Source: Octopus vulgaris
Taxonomy: Eukaryota
DNA: 64,000 nt
Reading direction: 5' to 3'
NCBI GenBank assembly: GCA_951406725.2
Contig: OX597817.1
Coordinates: forward strand, 43,834,001-43,898,000
This document shows positions 28,031-41,715 of this stretch, piece by piece (position 1 is the first letter of the stretch; every line of letters begins with the position of its first letter). The position numbers and the translations under genes were made by a program. A model generated the notes under the pieces. The model did no database searches and was not told the origin of the DNA. It saw only the letters and a program-made list of their open reading frames with translations.

Positions 28031-31000
28031 ATTATTATTATCATCATCATCATTATTATTATTACATAAACAATCTAAGTAAGATGAAAAAATAATACAA
28101 TTTTATGAAATGAAGAAAAATAAAGGAAAACAGGTGAAAAAGAAATTACTCAGAAATAGAAAATAATAAATTGTGTGTGATGAGAAACTCGTGATTGAGG
28201 TGCCATGAACATAAATCAAAATATGAAAAAGATTTGTTAAAAAATATTGAAAATTAAAGTAATTTAAGGGATATATTTTGTTGTTGTTTTTGCCATATTT
28301 GAAAACCAGGCAGATAAATAACAGCCTAAGAGTATTTGTTTAAAATTAACACTTTCCTTAAAATGCTATAGGTCTATAGAGAGAAGACTATATTACTTTA
28401 ATAGATGCTTATATAAACTTCAGGATAAATGGAACTAAATTATATACAAAAAAAGAAAGATGTTTTCTCTAAAATGATGAATTGATATTTTATGAATGAA
28501 TTCTAAACCATATTTCACCTGCACTGTTTTTCCCTATAAAATCAAGATGGATAATTTATATAGTAAACTGAAATACTCATATGCAAGAAGACTTTAAATG
28601 AATTCAAATCACAAGGTGTAATGTAATATAGGGAGACATATTTCTAAATCAGTTATAAGCATCCAAAGGAATTGATTTTGGAAAGGATTTTTGCTCTCAT
28701 ATAATTCTTCTCACAATTTTTTCATCATATATTTTTCTTAATTCAGCTATGAACACTATGTGTAACTGATCAATAGATTAGTTTTATGGTAGTTTGATAG
28801 CTTAACCTTGGAATTTTACAATTGTATGAAATTTTTTTAATGAAGAAGTTTACAAATGAAAATTTCATAACACATTAATTCATTATACCAAAAATTAATG
28901 CATAAAAAATCAATAATGATTTGTAATCCTTAACCAAAATCTATTTTCTGTCATTATAAGAATTCGGAATAGATTAGCATTACTACCCAAAAGATTTAGA
29001 AGAATTTGTTTCTAATGAGATACAAAATGTTTATTTATTCTAAATAAGTCTATGTAACACTGATCTATTACGTAAGTGATTTTTATTGGCTTGATATAAT
29101 AATTTCATTTTTATATTTGAATATAACAAATATTATAACTGAAAAATATAACTAAAAACTATTATTTATAGAATTTTATATTTTATAAGGACTCTATTCA
29201 AAAAACTCATTGACTACAAACCAATATGAATTGGTAAATACTAGACCAAAAGAAAGTAAAAATATTGTATGCATAGTTATTTAAGAACACATTTAATCTA
29301 TGAGCAATATGAAGTAGTGACACATTAAAATTACGAAAATGTGTGAATGATAAGGAAATAATGCACACGAAAATGTAAATATACAAGAAGTATACTTAGA
29401 GACTGAGAAAGAGTAACAGAGAAAGATGTGGAACAAGATGAAGAAAAAGCAATAGGATTTGTTAATGGAAAAGGAACTTAAAAAAGAAGAAAAATACTAA
29501 AATACAAATATGTCTATTTACTAAATGTAATTTAGCAGAGAGCAGAATCATAGTCTGAATCTCCTGCAAGAAATTTTTTAGGATCTATGTGGCTATATCC
29601 TAAACTGGATTACAAGAGAAAGTTAGTCAGTTATTTCCATCCATTTTTACACTGAATTAAGTTCACAGACAAGACATTAATGGTGCAGTGCAAAAAGGAC
29701 AGCCTACTTGGCCAAGTGCAAGAGAAATGTGATATGACAATGATACTGACTAACATATACATACAACATAAACCAAAAAGAAATATCAGTTATGAAAGTC
29801 ATAGTTTTGTTTTAGTGAGTATACGAAGAAAAACAACCAATGCAATTGACACTTACATGGATATTATAAGAATTGAATAATAAAAGAATGTCTAATTATT
29901 ATTTTCCTAATGATCTTGAAAACATATTTTCTAAAATCTCCCTATCAGAAAACAACTGTTATAAATTTAATTTAATTTTATCTTAAAAAATAGATATTTG
30001 AATAGTATTCAATAAATTTTCTCAATTGAAGTATAAATAGTTTCCAAAAATATTTTATAAACAATCTAATATCTCAAGTAACAATGTATATGCCCTCTAA
30101 ATAGTTACTATGATTGCTTCATGATATAATAGTTGACATATATATATATATATATAAGCATATTTCTATGTGCATATCAAATATAAATACATGCTCCCAC
30201 TCATTACATTCACGTATATACTATATGCATGTCTGTGTGCATACATTTATATATTTATATATATATATGCACACACAAACACACACATATACATATTATA
30301 CAAGCATGTGCATATACACATATACATATGTGTGTGTTTATATGCATGTATATGCATACATACATACATATATATATATATACACATACATAGAGATGTG
30401 AAAGAAAAGAATATTCAATATATTATTTAGAATATATTTGCAGAGAGACAATGAATGACACACATGATCATCAATCAGAGTTCTGTAGATATGAAAATAC
30501 ATGTCTAAATATACTATTTGCATGCTATTTTATGCCTTCTGTAAATAAGAACTAAACTTCTTATATTCACAACAATAAGTACTGCAAACGTAAATTTCAG
30601 TTGACCGTTAAATATGGCTTCGTTTTAGTTTAGTTCTTGCTGGGAACTGTTTCCCATCATTCAATGCTCATATGTTAGGGATAAACATTAACATATTACT
30701 GCTACTTTACTTCTCTAAAAAGTTAGTTTGCATGTTTATAAATGTGGCCTAACAATTTTTATAGAATAATTACTTTCTGACTGATGCTTTGACACTATGT
30801 ATCAAGATTAAATCTCTAATGAATTGTATCACAGTATTTATACATACTAAATTCTCAAACATACTCACACACATGCCCACATATAAACTTATATAAATAT
30901 ATGTGTGTGGCATGATAAGATACTTAAATGCACAAACACAAATACACACGTATGCAAACATACAAACACACACATACACACACACAGAGGCATCTGTTGA

Positions 31001-31564
31001 AACAGCAAGATGAAGTAGAATAATTTTTTCTTGAGTGGGATCTTTCAGTGGATTCACTTTAAAAAAGACTATTACTAGCCAATTAGTTCATATGATTATT
31101 GTTATAACATACACACACTCACAACATGCATAACTTCACTGTCAAATAATTTTAAACTGTTTTACATTTTCTAGATCCAGATCCAGAACTGATTCAAGAT
31201 GCTATATAAAAATCCTTTCTGTGAAAAATATATGAAAAATTAACTGTAAAGTTATTTTCTACACAATGAAGATAAAAGTTACCAAACCAACAGAAGTTTT
31301 GAAAGGGTGTATACTTATATGATCATGTCTGGGAAGGCATATCACAGTTAGCATAAGTTTCCTGCTACAATTCATTTTCATTTTCTTTTGCTTTTTCAGA
31401 TCAATCGCATTCATGTTATCAGTTCTTAGGATTGTTACAATAAACTGATCAAATGAATAAATTTACACTTATTGATCAGTAGAAACAAAACTTAAGTGTA
31501 TGGCATAAATCAATATAGTTTTCTTTATTTCCCTATCTTCAAAGCCCTCTTAATATTATCATTG

Positions 31565-31788
31565 GCCTTTTAGCATTTAAACCAGCTATATCCAGCCTGA
31601 ATTTTCAACCTGTTTTATGTTCAAACCAGCCAGATCCAGCCTCTGACACCTACCCTACACTATCGTTCTAAAGGTGAACAGTACATCATTGAAATCTAGA
31701 AGCCATGAGATAATGAATGATTAATTCAAAATAATGGGAATACATAAATATTACATTTGACAGAGTAATCTGAATGCTAATGGGTTAA
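31565..31788. mobile_element. MITE with piggyBac-like ends
   Basis: Ends ccttttagcatt / aatgctaatggg-ttaa are imperfect inverted repeats with TTAA at the right end; second collinear copy at 60571-60785. Confidence 0.65.
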
Positions 31789-32717
31789 AGCTACACACAA
31801 CATATACTTCTTTTTTAAAACTCTCTTTTCCTCTTACTGTTGCTATTGCTTCTGCTCAAATTCTCCTTCCATTCAAATATTTATAACATTCAAGTATTTA
31901 AATCATTTTTTCATCTAATCTTATTTTGTATATCACTTCTTTCAAACACTACAATGTTATTTTTTAAAGTGACCATTGAATGCTCACAAAAGAATGAATT
32001 ATGTGGAGACTACTTGCAAAATTTACATTTTGTTTATTTTCTGTGTATTTGATAGATTTCATTTAAATAATATATTTTGAAGATTGGTCTTAATGATAAA
32101 ATTTGATACCTAAAAATCCCTCAAAGTGGTGTGGTTAGTTATGTTTTAATCAATCTTACAAAAACTATGTCTTATAATGATTAGAAGAAACCAAAACAAT
32201 TATGACAAATGTTTCGATGAACATTAGATATATTTTCCAAAAAAATGTAATATTGAAGTAGGATACATTATCAGCAGAGTAAAGATTTTCCTCATGATCC
32301 ACTTATATATTAAATTATCTGACATAGGAAGCTAGAAATAGAAAATGTATTTAACTGCTAGTATAAATTATAACAACATAGATCAGTGCCAATGAAACTT
32401 TCATTTCAGGACCACTCTGACTGGTGAGAAGGAGAAAACTTTTCTTCAACTGGACAGCTGTCCTAAATACTTGCAGTAGGGCAACCAAGTAGTGATACTA
32501 AACTGGGCAATGTATCAAATTTACAGCCTAAGTTAGATAGATATATATTGATACATCTTACCTTAGACAACAATGACCAATTATCATATGGTATGGGGTG
32601 CATTCGATTCCATTATATCATTCCCCATCCACAAGGGAGCAGTGGAGATGTAAGCTGAAACAATCGTCACGCTAAATAAAGCTTACAGTACACTTTGTCT
32701 TCCCTATCAATTATTTA

Positions 32718-33300
<583 letters not shown>

Positions 33301-34848
33301 TTAGTTATTGCAATCTACAATGAAATCTTAAAGTATGTGATGTATGTCATCTAATCTGAAAATATCTGAATGATTCATAGCATACTTTTGTTCAATAAAG
33401 AAATTCTTAGCTATAATTAGTGTAGTCAACACTGATTAAAATATATACACTTCCACATCTATTTATAAAATAAAAGTTGGCACTTTTACTTATTTGACAT
33501 GAATGTGAATGAAACCTTTTTCATGAAACTTCAAGAAACCTAAAGTCTTTTGTATTAAAGATGAATATGATACAGCATAGAAGTTAGGTAAAAAGAATTA
33601 CAAAGTATTTAAGGCATTTGGCTTTTAAAGAGTTATGAATTCATTAATTTACATATGAAATTATTGTTTGTTTTTGTTTTTAGCTTCATACTATCCCAGA
33701 TCAAGCAGACCTACAATCAAAGGCATACCTACTGTGACGGATTTATCTTTTTTCCTGACAGTATCAGTATAAGTTGGTAGGTTATGATTTGAGCAATACT
33801 TGAGTACTATTCTTAGTTGGTCAGGTTAGGATATAGAGGAACTCTCATTGATTCAGTTTGATATATCTACTTGGAGAATTACAAACTGGAAAAATAACTG
33901 CTATTCAGAATTTAAACCAGATTTTACTTCTATGGGTTATTTTTGTACATTTTTTAAATATATATATGTACTATATAAAGGTAAACATTACATTTAAACT
34001 GGAAGACTTTTTTTTTGCATAAATAAACATTTATGCAGTTCATCAAATAGCTACAGTTTTAATGTTGGAAACTTGAAAAAGATAATCAAAATTCTTTTTT
34101 ATCCATTTACAAAATTTTTAATCAATTGAAATTATATTTCCTTTGAAAGTTTGAGGTATTAGAATTGCATAATACCAATATTATATCTAATTCATGTAAC
34201 TATTGTTAATTTTATTTCATATGCCATATTTATGTGTGATAATACTGCTTAAAAATAATGAAAAAGAAAAAAGCTACCTGCACCTGAGAGAAATAGGTAA
34301 ATATTCAGATAAGTTTTAATGGAAGAGGAAGCATTGTCATTGAATTAAAAAGTTCATAAGAAAATGGTTTTAGTAGACTGAATTCTTATCTACTTATTTT
34401 AGTTGATTACTAATAAAATTTATAACCAATTGTGATGTTAATGAGTATTTTGCTAAGTATAAAAGTACAAGCTAATAAGGATCTAAAAATATATGGTTGA
34501 GATAATGGAAACAATATTTTATTAATGAAAATGAAAGTAAAGCCCTGTCGATGAATTTTGATAAACCTGATATACAGTTTAAGGAAGTAGTAATGGAAGC
34601 TCTGGAGTTAATAATGATGCCAATAGTAATAAGTGACTAAAATAATAATGATGATATCGATATAAATAGATGACTGTGATAAAATTTTGAGAATAATGAT
34701 AATTATTTAAGATAACTAATAATAATGAAAATAAGAATGATGAGAACGATGATGATGGTGATGACAATGATTGAGGGAGAAGTCAAGAAATAATACAGCT
34801 ATCAATGGTAAAACGTAACATCTTATATCTGAGGAGAAGTGGATTTAC

Positions 34849-34884
34849 CTGGATCTAGAATTTCCCCAATATACCATGAAGATA
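34849..34884 (-). CDS. Nrxn: Candidate 36-nt neurexin SS4 microexon (VSSWYIGEILDP)
   Basis: Long pyrimidine tract with several TGC motifs (ttctttactttctgttttcttgcttgccaatttgcccag)|TATCTTCATGGTATATTGGGGAAATTCTAGATCCAG|gtaaat; symmetric phase 1, no stop. Confidence 0.55.
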
Positions 34885-36199
34885 CTGGGCAAATTGGCAA
34901 GCAAGAAAACAGAAAGTAAAGAAAAAAAAAGAAAATATCAATATAAGTATATATATTCCTCAAATAACTTTAATGCAAAAACCATGTGAATTTGTTGAAT
35001 GTGAAAAAAGCAAACAACTGGATTAGTCAACGTTTTGAGAGAGAGCGTTAGACGAAAGAAATTTAATTGAAAGATTAATACAATAAAATTTTTAAAAATA
35101 AATACTGATAAATATTATTTACATGACAAAAACTGCATATAGAAATATAAATTAAGTATTTGAGGAATATAAAATAGAAATAATACAATAATAAATAGTT
35201 GTAGCGGTTATATATATATTACCGATACTGACTATTTGTTGGTAATATACACCTGATTTTCTGCACTGTTTTTTAAATAGGGAAAATTTTTATTTTTTCA
35301 CTATTTCAAAATAATGTATATAAAATATTTTACTCATATAGTTAGTTTTATAAAAATGATGATAGTATAAGCTTTTAATTCAGCTGGACATAGCAAACTT
35401 GCACAGATTTTTGCTCTTAGAATTTAGTATGGTTTTCACAGCTAAATTATTAAGTACATAAATTCTAAAATAATGATTTAAATCTTGTCTGTATTTTCTC
35501 CCTTTGCATCAAATTTTTCAATCCAAAAATAAATTCCTTCACAGTAAGTTATGTGTGGTATGTTTTGCTATTTGGATTTCTATGTGAGAATCCTTATTAA
35601 GAAATAAATAAATATTCTGTTGAAAATTGTAGACAAACTTTCATATCAGTGAATTTTATAAAATAATTAAACACTCATCTTTTCCTTTATCATAGTTGTC
35701 TATTTTAATGAATTTGAGAATAGTCTAAAATGTGAAACATAATCTTCAGAATTCTTTTATATGCAATTTGTTCTTCATACAGCATATTAAAAGAAACTAT
35801 ATGTGTTTTAGTATCTTTTAGTTGTTGATCAGTTAATTTAACTATGAAACACATAGTGAAGGGTAAGTGTAAATATGTCAAAACAATTGTGATTAAAAAC
35901 GTTTGTTATACAAAAAGACTATAGAAACCATTAAAAAGTCAAAACGTAGCACTTGAATAAACTATTATGTATTTCACTAAATATATAATGGTTTAGTGTT
36001 TAATACGTTTATTAGTAAACAAAAGTTCTGAATGTATGCTTTTGTAAAGGTGACTGAAATCAGTTTCTATGCAGATATATCAATGTGACTAAGAGACTAT
36101 CCAAAATTTCCCATGTATTTGTTGTACAGAGGGAATAACTTAGTCAGCATACTCACATAAAGGACTATTAGCAAATAGTGGTTGGTGACAATTAGTTAC

Positions 36200-36217
36200 C
36201 AGCTATCTGGTAATTTT
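36200..36217 (-). CDS. Nrxn: Candidate 18-nt neurexin SS4 microexon (ENYQIA)
   Basis: tcttcttttttttttcatgttag|AAAATTACCAGATAGCTG|gtaact; symmetric phase 1, no stop. Splice-signal evidence only. Confidence 0.4.
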
Positions 36218-38614
36218 CTAACATGAAAAAAAAAAGAAGATAAATATTTGCTTTATTATTAGCATTTAATTTGGTTGATCTATATAGAAATTTACTTGAT
36301 AATTTTGAAAACATTTGCTTTCATATCATGTCAGAATCAATACTTGTTTTATAACTGTATTTTTTGTATAAAAATTTGGCTATTATATTTACTAGTCATC
36401 TCACTGAGATCAGTAATTAAGGTTAATTTATTATTACATATTTTAGAATGAAACACAATGATTTTAAAAAAAAATTTTGAAATATATAACATATTTGAAT
36501 ATTACAAATTTAGTTTTATGATAGCATTTGTTGTAATATAAAAATTATATTAACTCATGGAATTTTAATTTATGTTTGATAAACAATAAGAAATAGTTTT
36601 TCTTTCCTTCATGGGAATGATTCTAAAATTTAACCTTCATGTAAATTCATTTTTTAAATATATCTAGTTAAGTTCCAATTAAAAGTACAATTTAGTCTGA
36701 CACATGGATCTTTAATGGAAATAAATTTTTAAAGAAACTCTAGAATTAGCAGGAAAATCAGATACATATTTTACAGAAGTATTATAAATATATTGGAAAT
36801 GCACTCCAAGGTACAAAAAATGTTTACATGTTTGCTTGAAAAAATACAAAATTATCAAAATTTACACATAATTGTTGTAACTCTATATATTATTCCAGTT
36901 TTCATAACAACAAAATTTTCCTTACCAAAAAGAGAAGTATATAAACTCTCTCCACGCACACACACACACATGTATATATGTGTGTGTGTAAAATATTCTG
37001 TACTCAGTCATTGAGCTGTTTTTATAGAAGAGGCATCTTTTGGTATCTCAAGTTTTATGAGTATAGCATTATGAATTAGATTTACAGATTTTTCTGAATT
37101 CAAAATATATAAATTAAAACTTAATACTTCAGCAGAATGTCAAATTTGTTAGAATATTTTCAAAGAGTGAACATATCTAAAGTAAATAAAGTTTGAAGAA
37201 AAAAAAAACTGTTTGTAAGTAAAATTCAGTAATCTAATGAATAAATGCTTTATTTGAATATAAACAGAAAGCACATTTGATTACCAAAATAATTATTTCT
37301 TACTAAAGTACGAGACCCTAGAGGAATCATGATGGTAAAATCATAATGGTTTTGCTTTTCCCAAAAGATTAGTATTTTGAAGTGAAATAGTTCATACTGA
37401 GAATCAATAGTGAGTGCTAGCCTATTCTATAAAATAAAAGCAAAATATATACTTTTTGCAAAACTTGTGAATAACTAATATTATAGATGATTCTGACTAA
37501 TTATTTAAGATTTCTAAGATATTATTCATTACAAGGTATAGTTTTTACTTGAAGGACATTTGCAGTTGGAGTATTGAGTTTTACTGTTTATCTCTTTTAT
37601 TTATTTAAAAAGCATGGGCAAAAAATAAATTTTGCTACACATGCAATGAAATATACAAGAGCGCCAAATTTTAGCTTCTTGTTAAAGACAGCCATATTGA
37701 AAGAAATAATTAAGATCAGCTAGGCTCTTAAGTTCAATAACCAAAGTGCCACATATATACCTAGTAAGATTTGTTCTAAAAAAATAAATCATTCTAAGGT
37801 AACCAATGAACTGTGCAAACGTACTTGATCATGTGACCATTTGTTAAAGTCATATCCAACATAACAGTTTGTAGATATCTGCAGGGATGTATGACATTAA
37901 TTTTCAAACTTACCAGAAATGTATTAAAGATACAAAATCTTGTTAAATAATATATCCTTAGAACAATATGTTAAAGAGTAATGGGGAGATAAACTCATTT
38001 AACTAAATTAATTACCCAGCATTTAATAGAAAAGATGGCAGTTGAATATGACAATTGAATCAAACTGTGGTATATGAATATCAATTATGTCAAATTACAA
38101 AAAACTGTGACTCAACATATTTTTGCACAGATATTATCTATATTACTTGCAATCACCAAAAGGACAAGTAAAAGAGTCATAATATTCAAAAATGTGCTTG
38201 TATGTACATATATCTCACAGCATTTGCAAAACATGAATATTCTATAATTCATAGAACACAAAACATGATAATCTAAATATAAGCCAAATTATACATGGCA
38301 TAAACATTTGGAGATAGAGTGACATAAATGGTATATGTGTACTTGTGTGATCATATATATATGTGTGTGTGTGTGTATGTGTGTGGGGAGTTATACAAAC
38401 TTTGGAGAAGCTTATCAAATAGAAATTAATTTATTATCCTTTTTTACTAATCCTAAGTGTTTTAGCTTAACTTAGTAGATACCATCTCAGTTTGTTTTCA
38501 TATATTTCAAACATTTTATCAAACTATATTTCGTTTATTGTAATAAGATTTCAATCATTTGATATTCACAAAAGATGTGTTACTTAATTTTGATTTTACT
38601 GCATCCTATTGCTT

Positions 38615-38648
38615 GTATATACATGCAGATACAATACATATATATATA

Positions 38649-38691
<43 letters not shown>

Positions 38692-39005
38692 ATACATGAA
38701 TATATACATATATATGTATATATATTGTATGTATATGCTTACAATATAGGATTGTGTATATATGATGTATATATATATAATACATATATTATACATATAT
38801 ATCTACATACATATATATAATATCTATTTACATAGAAGTGTATATATATATATATTATATATATATGTGTGTGTGTATATGTATAATATGTGTATGCATA
38901 ATAAAAAATGTATATGTACTATACAAAATATACATTATATATAATATATATATATATATATATAATATAATATATATGTATGCATGTATGTATATATGTA
39001 TGTTT
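38615..39005. repeat. TA-rich low-complexity tract
   Basis: Direct reading. Confidence 0.85.
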
Positions 39006-41504
39006 GTGTTTACACTCAAACATCAAATTAACTCTGTTGAAATAAATATGATCATCAGAAAAAAACAATCTTGAAGGAAACAATATATTGGCTACAACGT
39101 TCATGTGTTTACAAAATAGTATCATTCAAACAGATGATTTTTTGTAGGGACGCTGGTACAAAATATAATAGGTCCAGCTAATTACAGCAATTGGAATAAA
39201 AGGAAAAAAGTGTTAAACAAAACATCTCAATGTAAAAAGTGAATTTTGAAGAAGATTGTTTAAAATAGTTTATGATATTTAAGAAAATATTTTGAAAAGT
39301 TTTCATTTTTTTTACAATTTTTTACATTAAATAAAAATATAAAATATTTTGTTAGTGAAAAAACCATGGTACATTTTTATGGATAAACATTTTTTATTTA
39401 AAATAAAATCAAGTATAATTACATTATTATCAAAATAAAACTTGGCATAGGAAGATATGAATAATAAATAAACAATTCTAACATAAAAATGTCATTGTTA
39501 TGGAATTTGTACCTAAGGTAACAGTTAACCCAAACGACACTATATTTCCTTCATTAAATACTTGATTTTCAAAAAAAAAAAATACTTTCACTGTTGGATA
39601 CATGGATATATTCCAAAATGTTTAAGTGCAGAGTTTTCCATTAATTACTTAATGTTATGTAAATTTTAATCTGGTTGTGAAATTACATTTTGTAAGGCTA
39701 AATGAGATTATAAACTAAACTGTTATGAGTTCAAACTTAGCATGCATTTCATGTTGTGTTCTTTAGCCAGACATTATTTTTGTCCCAGTTGTCCTGCAAA
39801 TAATACATGCCATCAATGTATTCCATTTAAATGATTAAAATAAAAGTGTTTTGAGCTGTAACTACTAGTCCCATTTGTTGACAAATAACTAAATTTTTAA
39901 AAACTGTTTCATCCATGGTAGGGAATCTCTCTCTTTCTTTTTCTCTCTCTCTCACACACACAATTTTGAAGCAGAAATCTTTATTAAACTGCAAAATTTT
40001 AATTTTGACTCAAGCCTACAAAACAGACATAGCCAAATATAACATGCTAGTTGGTATTAGTAGATGAATGGAAGGTGAACATCTCTGAGAAACTATTATG
40101 GAACTAGAAATTTAAGCACCTTATATGCACTGATACAACTGATAGCCTTTGTAGCCATACACTTAAACCTACACTGCTCCAATGATCTCTCTGATTAGAC
40201 ATATAATGATAATTAGATGATAGTGTGCTAAATGTTAATTATTGATAGTATCTGTAAATAAGGATTGAAGTTTTGGTATTTCTTTTTTTCAACTAACAAC
40301 AAAGGCTTTCTCTTATCAGAGAAAAACAGTCTATGTAAAGTATTGGTATATTAAAATATAAGGAAGAGAATAAGTAAATTGTAATAGTGTCTGAGCACAA
40401 AAGAGTAAAGTAACTACACAGAGATGGTGAAGATGGATATGTCCCAGGAGCAAAATTGTTTTCTAATAATGATATGGAATAATTAGTTCTAACAATAAGA
40501 GAACAATGAGCCACAGACATGAGAAAAAGAAACTGAGATGCATAAGATGCAATATAAGAGTCATTCCAGTGAAAATGAACATGAATTCACGAAGAAATAG
40601 CATAACTGATAATTGCACAAATATCTAGAACTCTCATAATATTTCATGAAATATGGAGAGATGTGACAACTACTTTACATTATCATGTGATAATCAAAGA
40701 AAAGTACAATAATTACACAAAATACCTATTCTAATCGAAAAGTTGTTATTGGTAATGTTTGAATATATTTCAAACCAGAAAAAACAGTAACTTACCCGAC
40801 AATATGCACTAAAATTATATCTGATTTATACAGTTATTGATAAGGTAAAAATAGTAAAATACGTATTTTAATAAGTGACTAATAACTGCAAATCTCTGTC
40901 TATTCATTGTCCCCTTCTCTCTTTCTGGATACACACACACACGCACACACATATAATTATGCTTATACACACATGTGTATATATATGTATATATGCATCT
41001 GTATGCATATATCGTCGTTGTCATCATCAGATATATATATATATATATATATATCATTATCATCATCTCTACCATCATTTTAACATCCACTTTCCAGTGC
41101 TTGCATAGATTAGATAGAGTTTGTTGCAACATATTTTCTGTAACTGGATGCCCTTCCTGTCACCAACCCTTACCTGTTTCCAAGTAAGATCCAAGACATC
41201 TGGTGATTTGCTGTGCTTAAGAAGATACACCCAGCTAAGTAAAATTGAAGTCATACAGGCAGGTTCTTTATATCTCTACACTACCCAACAGTTTGTTCCC
41301 CCTTATCAAAACTCCCCCCAACCCATTTTCCCATCACCTCTCTTCCTTCTACAATCACTCTCAGTGCCTTGACATATCTATCAAATTGTAAAAGACTGTT
41401 TCATCCATGGTAGGGAATCACACACACACACACACTTTCACAAGCTCCCTCTACTGTTAGAGTGTGACACTTCTTCACACAGCTGTCCTCATCCATGCAG
41501 CAGA

Positions 41505-41715
41505 ATCCATCAGGGAAATATACTGGGACCATTATTGTTTGTGATGGATCTCTCAGATACACTTTCAGACATACAGTAAGTCACTCTTACCAGCTATGCT
41601 GATGATACAAAAGTATCAAAGGTGGTCAGGGACGCTGGTAACATCCTAAAACTGAAAAAAACACCTGAATGCAATATACAGGTGAGCAGAGAAAATAACA
41701 TGCAGTTCAAATGTC
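41505..41715 (+). mobile_element. CR1/L2-like LINE RT fragment
   Basis: QGNILGPLLFVMDLSD..LTSYADDTKVSKVV..HLNAIY..AEKNNMQF with stops and frameshifts. Confidence 0.75.

Noticed and set aside
30560-30660. AIFNGQ on the minus strand resembling the next neurexin exon (TIFNSQ)
   Set aside because: In-frame stop just upstream, no acceptor, no further similarity.
37914-37956. Consensus donor CTG|GTAAGT
   Set aside because: Available acceptors give 25, 43 or 89 nt, all frameshifting.
40796-40820. Strong donor CGG|GTAAGT with nearby acceptors
   Set aside because: Gives 13 or 25 nt, not frame-preserving; poor pyrimidine tract.
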